From: the human T2T-CHM13v2.0 reference genome, Homo sapiens
DNA length: 64,000 bases
Strand: one strand, 5' to 3'
NCBI RefSeq assembly: GCF_009914755.1
Contig: NC_060935.1
Shown: in pieces, positions 29,567 through 43,575 of the stretch
Position numbering within the stretch: the stretch's first letter is position 1
Layout of the letters: each line of letters begins with the position of its first letter
The notes under the pieces: generated by a model
What the model was told of the DNA's origin: nothing
Seen by the model: only the letters and a program-made list of their open reading frames with translations
Database searches by the model: none
Translations under genes and position numbers: made by a program

Positions 29567-32108
29567 GAAAATTTGAAGAATAACAAGGCACTATGTGGAA
29601 AAGATAACAATGGTATGTCTCAGAGGGAAAAAATGGGTTGGCTTGATTTATTTTTGCTAATTTGTATTCTCCATGTATCTATGTTGATTATTTAATTTTT
29701 AAAAGGGAAACTAAAACAAAAATTAGGCTGAATGAGGTATTCCTAAGCTGTCTACTTTTTCTGGGATAGATCACTGATGATAAACTATACTAAATTGGGA
29801 TGGGTCCTGGTTAGACACTACTCTCACTCATTCACTATTTATTGAGTGACTACTATGTTCCACATGAGAGACACTGGGCATATAAGAGTGAATTTCACAA
29901 GCACAATCCCTTCATTTAGTGGGGAATATTAGCCATCAAACAAGCAAATATTGTACTCTTACTTCAAGGATATGTTCTAATAGGTACAAACTTCTGAGTA
30001 TTATACATTGTTTTGTAAGTAACTATTACAAAAATTGCAACTATCTGGTCCTGTGCCCAAGGCAGGCAATACTTATTGATTATGTCACCCTTTTCTGCAG
30101 AAGCTCCATATCTTATTCAGCATTACTAGGAAAAGGGTGAGATGCAAGGTAATTCATAGCAAAAAGCTATAAATTATTTTGTAGAAGATAAACTAAGTGA
30201 CTCAAAATGTAACTGGATATTTTGGTATGTCCATATAGCTCTTTTGAACCAAATCTCTTACAGATAACAACTATAAACTCTGGACAAAATATGAGACCAA
30301 CTGGTTGAAGACACTGGAGAGAGAACAAAAGCAAGCAGAAACTAGAGGAGAAATAACAGTTGGGAGAAGAGTAAGTTTTATGAGGTGAGTTTTCTGATTT
30401 ATAGCTTTTAGTCTAAGAACAGGACCCTGTGTGCAATATATAAGGCAGAGAAGAAGGCTTACATTTCATTTGTGTTCAGCCACATTAAAGTCCTAATTAA
30501 AGAAAAGTCAATACTCCTTAGGAGAGCATGATAGAATTCAGGCTTTCTACAACATATCATTCATCATAACAAGGATATGCTCCAAAATTATCCGACATAA
30601 AACAAAACGGAAAACATGACTTGTTTAAGGAGAAAGAATAATTGACAGGGATCAACTCTAAGATGACCTACATGCTGGAATTAGCAGACAAGAATTTTTA
30701 AAAAGTCATTGTAACCATGCTCAAGTACATAAAAGAAAATGTGTTCACAATGAATATAGAAATATAGAATATGGAAAATCTTAGCAGAGATATAGAAACT
30801 ATAAAAAAGAACCAATGAGAATACGAGAACTAAAAAAGACAATATCTAAAATAATAATTCAGTGGATGCTCTTGACAGCACAAGGGAGATGAAAGAATAA
30901 AGAGTCAATGGACTAGAAGATAGATCATTAGAAATGATCTGGATAGATCAGCACAAATGATCAGATTGAGAAACAGAGATTTAATATTAATAAATGTGCA
31001 AAAACTTAGGGATCTTTGCAGCAATACCAAAAGGTCTAATATGCATATAATTGAAGTTCCAAAAGGAGAGGAGAGAGAATGATCCAGAAACTAATTTAAG
31101 TAAATAAGGGGTGAAAAGTTCACACATTTGGTAAAAGACATACATGTGCAGATTCTAAAACCTCAAGAAACATCAAGAAAGATTAGTATCAAAAACAAAA
31201 CAAAAATAAAAACACCTAGGCATATCATAGTCAAAGTGCTGCAAATAAATCACAAAAAGAAAATAATGAAAACAGTCAGAGAAAATGACATTGCCTGAAT
31301 CATTTCAAAATCCACTAACAATTATTTCTTATCCACTGATACCTCATCAGAAACAATGGAGCCCAGAAGGCAGTGGATCAACATCTTTAAAGTGCTGAAA
31401 GAAAAATAGCCTATCAATCAAAATTTTATATCCAGTGAAAATGTCCTTGATGAATAAAGATTAAATAAGACAGCTTTAGAAAAATTTTTCACTTGCATGT
31501 CATGGAATGCAGGGTAAAGTAAAACAAAACCCAATAGAGACTCGATTACTCAGGAAAGAGTAAAATACATTCGATGGTAAATATGTGTAACTGTAAAGTA
31601 TTATTATTCTGCTTAATTAACTTAAAATATGATTAGTTCAAGAACAAATATGACATTGTATTGTGTAGTTTATAGCACATGTAAAGAAGTACATATGATA
31701 AGGATAACATAAAGGATGAGGAGGGGGCAGTCAATGAACCAAATTGGTTGCAAGATTTCTACATATTTATGTGAAGTATACAATATTAACTCCCAGTAAA
31801 CTATGAAAAATAGAAAATATATATACATATATATATATTTAATCCTTAAAAGCAACCACTAAAGATGTAATGCAAAGAAGTATACCTTAAAATCTCATAG
31901 ATAATTAAAATGGAATTTTAAAATATACTTAATCCAAAAGAAGCCCACAGGGAAAAACAGAGAGAAAAAAAGCCAAAGAAGCAAGCAGAAAACAAATAGT
32001 AAAGTTGGATTTAAGTCCAACCATATCTTGGACCTCAATCCAACCATGTCGGTAATCACATTAAGTGATAATTAATTAAACATACCAAATGAAAATAAAA
32101 TATTATTA

Positions 32109-32501
<393 letters not shown>

Positions 32502-32724
32502 TCATAATGATAAAAAGGTCAATACATCAGGAAGAAATAACAAAAATAAATGTGTATGTATCCAAAAACAGAGGTTCAAAATAAATGAATCAAAACTTCA
32601 CAGAATTAAAAGGAAAAATAGAAAATGCCACAATCACAGTTGGAGAATTTAACATCCTACTCTCAGCAACTGATAGAACAATCGAACAAAAGTGCTGTGA
32701 TGACACAGATCTGAGCAACACTAT

Positions 32725-33784
32725 TATTGTGGGTTAAATTACGTCGTCCTAAGAAGATATATTGAAGTCTTAACCCTCCAGTCCTTCAGGGTGTGACATT
32801 ATTTGAAGTGGCTTTACAGAGGTAACAAAGTTAAAATGAGGTATTAGAGTGGGACCATAATTAATTCTTATAAAAAGAGGAAATTTGGACACAGGCACAG
32901 CCTGTGGGAAGGAAGATGATGTGGAAGGGAAGATACTGTGAAGACACACTGGGAGAAAGCCATGTGAAGATGAAGTCAGAGATTGGAGTGATGAAGCTGC
33001 AAGCTAAAGAATGCCAAGGATTGCCAGCCATAACCAGAAGCTAAGAAGGGTAAGGAAGGACTTTACCCAAAATCTCAGAGGGGCATGGCTATGTTGATAC
33101 CTGATTTTGTTGCCAGAAAAGGGATTCCAGAATCCAAGAAAGGGTTCTTGGATCTCAGGAAGGAAGGAATTCAGGGCAAGTTGCAGAGTGCAGTGAAAAG
33201 AGGTGGTTTATTGAAAGCTACTCAGTTACTGAGTAGGGTGTCCTCAGAAAGCAAGCAGAGGAATGCACCATCTTACCATCTTCATTTTAAGTTTTTCTTT
33301 AACTTTTTAAAAAGTTATATAGGGGTTTTCTCTATGTAAAGACTAAACTAAGTGATGCCTACATGTAGGTGGGCTGACAGCATGACAAAATTTATTATTC
33401 TGTTGATTTAAAGAAAACTATCCTTGAAATTTTAGTGTGTTAAGTACACCAAAGCATAACTATAATTATCTGTAAGCATATATTTTTATGGGTATTGGGA
33501 CATCTGGACCTTTTGTTGTTGTAGGAGTTTGTCCTTGCAGGCATTACCAAGCTGCTTCCTTAGCTGTAAACATCTTGGGACCATGGGTCATGACTGACAA
33601 GGAATGTGTCTTGCTAGTTTTAAGACGGAGTTTATTTTAAAATGGCATTACTTTGGCTCTCCCAGGCTCCTGCTTCCCTAACAATTTCAGACTTCTAGCA
33701 TGTAGAATAGTGAGACAATAAATTTCTGTTGATTAAGTCACTCAGTTTGTGGCAATTATATGGCAGCCCTAGATAGCTAATACA
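32725..33784 (+). mobile_element. MLT1C-like LTR interrupted by an ERV1 LTR
   Basis: TATTGTGGGTTAAATT...GCTAATACA; TSD actat/agtat. Confidence 0.85.
33108..33683 (-). mobile_element. ERV1 solo LTR (MER61/LTR20-like)
   Basis: Minus strand starts TGTTAGGGAAGCAGGAGCC; TG...CA ends; perfect TSD ATTT; subfamily uncertain. Confidence 0.75.
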
Positions 33785-34700
33785 AGTATAAATCACTTTG
33801 ATTTAATTGATATTTATAGAATATGGCACCCAACAAGTGCAGGATACATATTCTTTTAAGTACACATGATATGTTCATCAAGATAGATCATGATCTGGGC
33901 CATAAACTTAAAAGAACTGACGTCATACAGAGTATGTCCTCTGGCCACATGGAATTAAATTAGAGATGAGTAAGACATTAAGAAAAATCCTAAGTTAAAC
34001 AACATACTTCTAAATAATCCATGGATTAAAAATAAATCACAAGGAAAGCTAGGAAATATTTTGAACTGAAAGATAATAAAATACATTTCAAAATTGTGGA
34101 ATGCAGCTAAAGCAGTGCTTGGGGGAAATTTTAGCTTTAAATCAAATAATATGTTAGAAAAGAAGAACGTCTAAAGCCAAGGACCCAAGACTTTACCTTA
34201 AGAATCTAGAAAAAGAAAAGCAAAATAAACCCAAAGTCAGTACAAGAAGAAAAGCAGAAAAAAATTAACACAGCTGGATGGTATATCTTGGAAAAGTTAA
34301 CAAAGTTGACAAATCCTTAGGTAGATTGATCAAGAAATAAGCAGAGAGAACACAAGTTACCAACATCATAAATGAGAGGGGGGTTTAACATTCAGAAATG
34401 TATGCTATTAACGCTAAAGAATAATGAAGGAAAATCACATAGTCACTTCAGTAAATGCAGAAAAACATTTAATAAATTCAATGCCTATTTATAATTAAAA
34501 AACAGGATATTTGAAATAGAAGGTAACCTCCTTATTTTGATAAAGAGCACTTACAAAAGGCCTTCAGCTAACATCATACTTAATTGCAAAATATTGAACA
34601 CTGTTTCCCTAAAGTTGGGAGCAAGTCAAGAACGCCCAATCTCACCACTTTGTTTAACAATGGACAGGAGGACTTAAGCATATTTAAAAAATTAAAACCT

Positions 34701-35014
<314 letters not shown>

Positions 35015-35538
35015 TCAGAATTCAGAATGGAAAAAGTAAATGTAAAACTATCTCTATGTTAGATGACATGAGTATTCTTACAGAAATTCCTATTGTATTT
35101 ACATAGCAACTACTTACCTATTAAGTGAATTTAGCAAAGTCATAGGATATCAGATTAATATACAAAGGTCAATTGCATTTTTATGTATTAGCAGCAAAGA
35201 ATTGGACAGTTAAATTTAAAAAATAATTTTATATTAGTGTCAAAAGCAAAATATCTGGGAATAAATTTAGCGAAAGACATGCAAAACCTCTATACTAAAA
35301 CAACAAAATATTGCTGAATAAAATTGAAGATATAAATCAATGGGGAGATAAACATGTTAATGGATTGAAAAACTCAGTTTTCTTAAGATGGCTATAATTA
35401 CCAAATTGATCTAAAGATTCAATAAAATGATAATCATAATTCTACTATTCCTTTTGGTCAAAATTGACAAGATGATTCTAATTCTAAGAACCTAGAATAT
35501 TCAAAGAAGTCTTGAAAAAAGAAATTTAAGTTGGATGA

Positions 35539-35888
35539 TGTATTAATCTGTTCTCACGCCACTATAAATAACTACCTGAGACTGGGTAATTTATAAAGAA
35601 AAGTGGTTTAATTGAGTCACAGTTCCACAGGCTGTACAGAAGCATGGCTGTGAGGCCTCAGGAAACTTACTTACAATCATGGCAGAAGGTGAAGGGGAAG
35701 CAGGCACATCTTACCATGGTGGAGCAGGAAAGAGAGAAAAGGGGAGGAGCCACACACTTTCAAGCAATCAGATCTTGTGAGAACTAACTCACTATCATGA
35801 GAACAGCAAGGGGAAGATAAGAGGGAAATCTGCCCCCTTGAGCCAATCACCTTCCACCAGGACCCTCCTCCAATTTGATATGAGATCA
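35539..35888 (-). mobile_element. MSTA solo LTR with small deletions
   Basis: TGTATTAATCTGTTCTCAC...GAGATCA; TSD gatga/catga. Confidence 0.85.
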
Positions 35889-36394
35889 CATGACTCACAT
35901 TGTTGGACGTCAAGACTTACCCTAAAGCTATAGTAATCAAGAGAGTCTGCAACTGGTATAAGGATCAACAAACAGACTGATGGAAAGAATAAGGAACCCA
36001 GAAATAAAAATAGACACATGCTTATACATTTATTTTATTTTCAACAAAGGTGCCAAAGTGACCTAATTGGGAAAGGAAGTCTTTTCAACAAATGGTGTTG
36101 AAATAACTACATTTTATATGGAAACAAATTAACCTTGCTTTAACTTATGCCGTCCACAAAAATTAATTTGTGATGGACCATAGACCTAAATATAAAAGCT
36201 AAAATTTAAAAAACTTCCAGAAGAAAATGTAGGAAAATATCTGTATGACTTTGAGTGAGGTAAAAACTAAAAAAGCAAAAATATTATGTTAGATAATAAA
36301 AATTTAAAGAAATGAAAAGAAGCACAGAAACATCATTAAGAAAATGTATAGACAAACCACAGGACAGAAGAAAATATTTGCAAAACTTACCTTA

Positions 36395-36702
<308 letters not shown>

Positions 36703-39249
36703 AAAAGTATTGGTGTCCATGATATGCTAAGAACATCTAAAACAATAATAAAACAATTTAAAAATTTTTTAAATGGTCAAAAATTTTGGACACTTCACAA
36801 AAGGTAATAAGTGAATGGTCAATAAACACATGAAAAACATGAAATATCTTTAGTCATCAAGGAAATGCAAATTAGAACCACAATGAGATACCATTCCACA
36901 TCTACCAGTGTGGCTAAAATTAAAGGCTGACAACACGAAATGTTGGTGAGGACATGAAGCAATTAAAGCTTTCATACATTGGTGGTGGGAGAGGAAAATT
37001 ACATAAGAATGTTGGAAAAGATCTTGCAATTTTGTATAAAATTGCATATAGCTACCCTAAGAACCAACAATTTCACTCTTACGTATTTACTCAAAGGATC
37101 TGAAAACAAATGTTCACAGGGACATGTGCAAAAATGTTCACATTAGCTTCATTCCTAATAGCCCTAAGCTGGAAGCCCAGGTATCCATTACTAGAATACT
37201 GGCATATTCATAGAGTAAAATACTATTCAGCAATGAAAAGAAACCAACTTCTGATACAAGCAACAACATGGATGAATGAACCCCCAAAACATGCTGAGTG
37301 CACACAAATTTGCATAAAAGAATACAATTTGTATGGTTCCATTAATATAAAATACTAAAACAGGCAAAACTAATCTGGTGAAAATCATCAGAAGATTGGT
37401 TATCTCTTGGGATGTGAGATAGGGGTTTGCTAGGAAGGGACATAAAGAAACTTTCCAGAGTGATGGTTATGTTCTGTATCTTGGTAGGAGTTTGGATTGC
37501 ACAGGTGTATGTGTCTAGAGGAACTTGGAAATGATACACTTAAGATCTGTGCATTGCACTGTATACAGATTTTATCTGAATAGAAACAAAGAAATTGTAA
37601 ATAAATATTGAACTCTGGCTAATAATATTGAAGTATTTGGGGGGAATATACTAATGTCTGAAACTTATTTTGAAAGACAATAACAAAAATAATTAAATGA
37701 GTTGCTGGATGGATAGAGAAATGAGCAGAGAATCAACATGGGATAAAACTAACGTGGCAAAATGTTAATTGAAGAAACCCGGTGGTAAGTATATAGGTGT
37801 TCACTGTACAATTATTCTGACTTTTCTCTAAGTTTGAAAATTTTAATAGGCTTTTGAGAACAAAAAAAAATTGAAGACAATTGGCAGATTACCCATTGGG
37901 TTGAGTCCTGGCCTTAGGAAAAGACATGAGAGTCTAGCTCATAGGCAAAGGAGGCTCCTGGGGAGGAAAGGAGGCTCCTGAGTCCAGCAATTGGCCTTCT
38001 TTGCTCCATTCTAACTTTGGCAATGAACCTAGAGGCTGAGACAAAGCAAATAACCAAGTTCTTTTTCATTCTACAAGACCCACTGGCTCATGCTCTCTCC
38101 AAATGCCTCACCAACAAGATGGTGACTTTAAGCATTCTCAGCAGATCTATTCTAGAGACCTGGAATGGAAAAGGACTGACACCATTCACTCTCCTTCTGC
38201 TGAGCACCTACTGTATGGTACTCTCTTTGCTAGGTTTCAAGGACATTATGATGAACCAAATAAAAATGACTCCTGCCTTCATTGTTCTTACCATTGATGA
38301 AACGCTGCCCGTCTTTTACTCCTATCATTATTCACACCCCAAACAAAAGATTTGCAAGTTCCCTTTGTAAGCCACTTTGACATGTCTTAAATCTGTGATT
38401 TCGAAAATCTCTAATGTTGGATCTGAATACCTCTATCTAAATAAAAAGGGCATTTTTTCTTGTTTTAGCCTCTTTGGAGTGAAACTTGACACAGGAAAAT
38501 CTCAAAGCCTCAAAATAGCTGAGCAAGAAATTAGATAGAAGCCTAATGACCCAGAGTCACCTTATACTCTCCTGAAATAGAAGCCTGGGAGAAAGGGCAG
38601 CTGGCTGCTGAGCTCAACCCTCTGCCCCACTTCCAACAGAGATCACACTCATTACCATTCCTTTCCCTAGCACCCCAGCCAGAACTCTTGTCCAAAGTTT
38701 AGACCAAGGACTTGGCATCAAGAGTAGGTGATTGGCCCACTGGGTAGCTTGAAATGACCTTGAATCCCATGTTACAAATCTAATTCCTCCAGCCTCACCT
38801 TTAACATACAGAAGAAAAAAAATCCTGTCTCTTTCTCCAAATCCTTCTGTTTAGAACGCAGGCATGTTTTGAACTGATATGTTAATATTACAAATGACCC
38901 CATATTGAATGAGTGGCATTATGTTCAACAAAAAGAAAATAAAAATTGGTTGCATTTTTGAGAAAGGCTGTCACACTTTTTCCTGTAGCAACTAACCTCC
39001 TTTTCTTAACTGAATATTTTTCCCTTTGCAAAGTCCAGTCACCTGTTTGTCACCTTTGCTTACAGATTCATAGCTCTGAAAATTTCTTAGCAATTTGGTC
39101 ATTTCCAGCTTCTTACAGCCCCTCCTCCTGGCTGAAATACCTTCGCTTCTTCTTCCTCCCTGCTTCCACTTCCCCAGTAATTTTCACCTCTCAGAAAGTC
39201 TAAATATCTATTTTCCTTCCCTAGAGTACTGTTTTTCAGAGTTGGATTT

Positions 39250-39625
39250 GGGGGAGATAATGACATGACTCAAGGAAATAAGTGCATAATTTTTCTTTCT
39301 CTGGTGCCAGTTAAGGCAATTGGTGCCTTAGGATTTTCTGAAGCTCTTTGAAAACAACAGGGTTAGTCAGATTCCAGCGATTTACCTTCTGAAGGCTGAG
39401 CATGTCTGGGCAATGGCTGCATAATTTGGATGGAGTCATCACTGATGAAGCAGAGTTGGCTCAGCCAGGCAGCACTCGTTGCTCTTTTTAAACTCCACGG
39501 CACCAGGGATGAAGTCACCTTTCTTCTTTTAAAACGAACACATTTGCTCTGTGAGTCCCTGTCACTTCTGTTAGAACTTAGTATTTTTTCCACTGCCGGT
39601 CACCAGGACTTCTCACAGGTAAGAA
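39250..39625 (+). promoter_or_regulatory. Candidate promoter/enhancer with non-coding first exon
   Basis: Repeat-free; AGATAA 39255, TGACTCA 39266, p53/p63 3/4 site 39398-39412, TTTTTAAA ~39485, donor CAG|GTAAGA at 39618/39619. Confidence 0.4.
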
Positions 39626-40235
39626 AATTCTTATTTAGTGGGTTTCACTCTAGGGAACCTTAACACGAGGGGGGGATTTTGGAAGGCATCTATGGGCAGA
39701 GTTGGAATTAGATCAAGAAATACTCCATTGGGTGGGGAGGGTGGCTGTTTCCATGGCAGCCGGTCCCCACCTGGTGGGGTGGCAGACCATGGCTAGGCGA
39801 AGTCAGCTTTGAGCTGCAGTGGTGGGCTCTCACAGTGGGTGTAGGAATCGAATCGGGGCTTGGTATTAGGTGCCTATTCTAAGAGCTGTATAATGAGCAT
39901 GTTAGTGAAGCAACTGTAAGTGGACTCCTTTGGGCTAGGGCCATCCATACCTCCTTTGCCTTCCTACTGATTGGGTAGACTCTTAGAGAGCTGATTCTTA
40001 TAAAATATGTGCAGAAAAGCAGCTCTCTGGAGAGCCTTGATTTGCTGTTTCGCTGGTGTGAATGCTTCCCTTCTTTCTCAGGAGTGTAGCAGGAAAAAAA
40101 GGGGCCCAGGATGCCTGTTCTGACATGCAGGTACCTTGTTCAAACAATGGCTGTGCTGCCGCATGCAGGGCAGAAGTGTACAAACATATCTTAGTGCCTG
40201 ACCCTATGAGTTCTTCCAAGAAAATATACATGAGG

Positions 40236-40295
<60 letters not shown>
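40236..40295. repeat. Compound microsatellite (TC)13(TG)17
   Basis: Read directly from the sequence. Confidence 0.97.
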
Positions 40296-40297
<2 letters not shown>

Positions 40298-40619
40298 GGC
40301 AGACCCTGTGCTCCTAGAGACCACTGAAATCTCCCTGCAACACTTCCTATGAGTTATATGAGTCTCTGTCACTGATTGAATCATACAACTCTTATCAGCT
40401 TTGGAAGGCTCAATAAAGACATCTTGTTTATGACAGAGGTGCCTACAGGATGATAAACGGCTTTTGGAAAGAAAGTTGAACCACTGTCAAATGAAAATGT
40501 TGAGAATTGCAGAGCCCTTTATTTCTTGGCACAGAACCCTGCCACATATAGTATTTGGCACAATCATCTATAACCTATACAGGGAGCAAAGACTCATTTA
40601 GATAAGAGATGTTTGCTTT

Positions 40620-41240
40620 GTTTTAAATGCAATTGCATACTGGCTGCCAGTGCCTGGTTATACATTCACCTCAGACTAGACCATATCCAGAATTCATACT
40701 CACCTGAAATCTGCTCCCCCTTCTGTGTCCCCTAGGTCTGTGAAAAGTTCCTGGTGGTAGATTTCTGGATTTCACCCTAAACACCCCTCCAAACTTCCTC
40801 ACATTTTCACATCTGATTTGGGAACACATTCAGCAGATTCGAACTCCATATTATTTCTCAAATCCATCCATTTCTCCCCACCTCCACAGATATTACCCTA
40901 GTTTAAAGCCCTTATCAATTTTTTCTAGGAATACAGAAACCTCACATCTGGGCCTCCTCTCTCCAGTCTTACCTCCCAGCAGCATCCAGAATGATGGTTC
41001 TAAAATAATTGATCAGCACCTGCACAATCCAATCAATCACTAGTCTGTTGAGTCAGTCTTCTTAATATCTCTCCAAATGGTTTACATCTCTCTACCCCAC
41101 CACTACTACCTTGGTCTAACCCATCAACACGCTTTGCCTGAGTTATTGCATTATCCCCTTAGCTCGTCCCCCCTGCTACCAGGCTCACTCCACTCCTAGT
41201 ATAAGACGCTCTAAGCTTCTTGTTTTACTAAGCTTTCTAA
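40620..41240 (+). mobile_element. L2 fragments
   Basis: TTTCTCAAATCCATCCATTTCTCCCCACCTCCAC and CTTAATATCTCTCCAAAT...CCCCACCACTACTACC. Confidence 0.6.
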
Positions 41241-41394
41241 GGACATTTTTACCAGAGAAGAACTTGAAATGCTTATTACTCTATTTGGAGTTTAGAAGCA
41301 TTAGCATTTTTATGACTCTTGTAGGTGCTTTAAGGAGAGAGGCCAGAATGCGAGAGGATAGGGAATGTAGAAAGCAGTGGGAAGGCAGCCTGAA

Positions 41395-41610
41395 GAATGC
41401 GTAAGCCTCAGACCTTGGAACCATGTGGGTCTTCATTTGAATCCCAGCTTCTCCACCTCCCGGTATGGCTTGGACCAAATGTCTAAACCTTCTTGAGGCT
41501 CATTTCCCTCAACTGTGAAATGGAAACAATACCTGCTTCATTAGGTAAATAGAAGAGTTAAATGAGAACATTTATGGAAGGCTCTAAAACATAGCAATTA
41601 AAAAATTTTA
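41395..41610 (+). mobile_element. MIR
   Basis: TTTGAATCCCAGCTTCTCC...CTCATTTCCCTCAACTGTGAAATGG. Confidence 0.7.
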
Positions 41611-42134
41611 GTACCGCTCCTTCTTTCCTTCACTTTTAAGGGTTATAATCTCTAACCACCACCTATGTTGTAAGTATTCATGTGTATGTGTTTAAAACTA
41701 TCTGTAGTTGGCATGGTAGGAAGGAGGAGTGGCAAAGAAATACATGCGAACTCTCTTAAGAAACTTGCAGTTTACTTAAGGAAATAAAGCCAACCTAAAC
41801 AGCACATCTATAAACGTCTATAAAGCAAGCAATCTGTGATTGTAATGTGTGTAGTACTACCAACTGAGTACAGGAAACCAGTACAGTTAACCAGGAAAGG
41901 CCTGAGTAAACAGGTCTGCAAATACCTGCGGACAGAGTGTAAATAGATCTATATCAAGCAGTTTTAGAGTTAGGCTACTCAGAGATTTAAAAATCGTTGG
42001 TTGAAGTAAAAGTTTCTAAAAGGACTTGTGCATTTAGAGTGGCTTAAGGATGTGCAGATCAGTGTTTAAAATGACTACACACTCATTCATTAATCAAGCA
42101 TTTATTGAGTGCCTACTCTGTGCCAGCTCCTAGA

Positions 42135-42838
42135 CTGTACAAATTCTTTGCTACTCTTCCCACAGGAGTTTAATGCTAATTCTCCACCTCTTAAATATAG
42201 GCTAGCCTTAGAGACTTGGTTGACCAATAGAAAGAGAAGAAGGCAACATTCTGGGACAACCATTGCTAGGTTCTATGAAGGTTTACATCTTCCTTCTGGG
42301 TTTCTTGTCTCAGTCACTTTGGCAGAAGCCAACTACCATGTAGAGTCATGTGCTAGTAAACTGGCTTTCTGGAGAAAAAAAAAAAGTTCCTTAATTTGCA
42401 GTGTTTGCCAATTTTCATGGTGTAAATACTCCCACCATGGCTTCCAAAATGATAGCACTGAACACAGGTTTGGGAGGAGATATGCAGAATCAGCTCTTAT
42501 AAGCCAATACAAGCTGGCCCAAGCCCATGACTGCCAATTACTCTGAGACCAGCATACTGTGAGAAAGTCCAAGTTGGCCACATGGAGAGGCTACAAGGAT
42601 TGAATCCCAACCAGTCCTCAGATTTTCCAGCCATTCAAACTTAGCCTTCAGACATGTAAGGAAAGAAACTTTTAAATAACTCCAGCCCCCACCACTATCT
42701 GACTGCAACTATATGAGAGACCCTGAATAAGAACCACTCAGCTCAGCCCACTCAGCCCATAGAACATTGAGAGATAATAACAATGTATATTAACTAAGTT
42801 TGGGGGTGGTTTTTATGTAGCATTAGATAATGGGAACA
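42135..42838 (+). mobile_element. MLT1H-like MaLR LTR
   Basis: TGACCAATAGAA, CTGACTGCAACTATATGAGAGACCCTGA, ends GTAGCATTAGATAATGGGAACA. Confidence 0.75.
42343..42533 (-). mobile_element. MER63A-like hAT-Blackjack MITE nested in the MLT1H LTR
   Basis: GGTGTAAATACTCCCACCATGGC core with degenerate terminal inverted repeats. Confidence 0.75.
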
Positions 42839-43309
42839 AGGTAGTAACCTTGTTTACTCTGAAGCCGGCTGAGATCAAGCCCCTGAGATGGTGTCAGAAA
42901 TAGAAGAATCCAACCAGGTAGTTCTTTGTCCTTGCATATTTCCTGGCCTTATACCACTAACTCAAATGTTTTAGTTAAAAAGACTCGAGAAAGAGACTCA
43001 TTTACTAACTCGTTTTACCGTTATAATAAAATCAGGGAAAAAACATTTCTCACACTCACACATACACTCTTCTCTCATCATCTGCCTCCATACCTACCCA
43101 CCCAACTCTCCTCATACAAGGCTCTGCTGAAGATCTGCCTTGCCTGCTATATTGGCTGTGCCCAATCCTCCACATGGAATTTGTTAGGGGAAGGAGGTAG
43201 AGCAGAGACAATATGAAGTCAGGGAACTGCCCAGAGGTGCCACCTGAGGCCTGGTGGAAAGCACCTGAAGCCATGAGAAAAGAGTAGCAAAGAGGAGGGT
43301 TTTAAACAG

Positions 43310-43575
43310 GCTTTGGTGAAGACACATAGACTATTGGTTAAAAGTATGAATTTTGAAGTCAGATGACCCGGGTTCCTATCAGGACTCTGACATTTTCTAG
43401 TTGCTGACCTTGGGAAAGTATCTAGACATGTCTTCTCAGTTTCTTCTTCTTTAAAATCTGGATAGTAATGCCATCTCACAAGGTTCGTGTGGCGATTATA
43501 TTTGTAGATGATATTTGTGGAGTGCTTAGCACAGTGCCTAATACATCTGTGTTACGTAAATGAATAACAGCTAAC
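43310..43575 (+). mobile_element. MIRb
   Basis: TGACCTTGGGAAAGT...TCAGTTTCTTC...GTGCTTAGCACAGTGCCT. Confidence 0.8.

Noticed and set aside
37946-37982. Short tandem duplications (also ~25149, ~35004, ~54246)
   Set aside because: Ordinary 9-20 bp slippage duplications with no array or spacer structure; not CRISPR-like
39998-40384. 128-aa and 96-aa ORFs with HT/ER/LS/CV runs
   Set aside because: Open frames produced by the (TC)n(TG)n microsatellite
40695-40710. Isolated strong minus-strand donors (also ~43890 and ~60003)
   Set aside because: Expected by chance in 64 kb; no convincing partner acceptor; this one lies in L2 sequence
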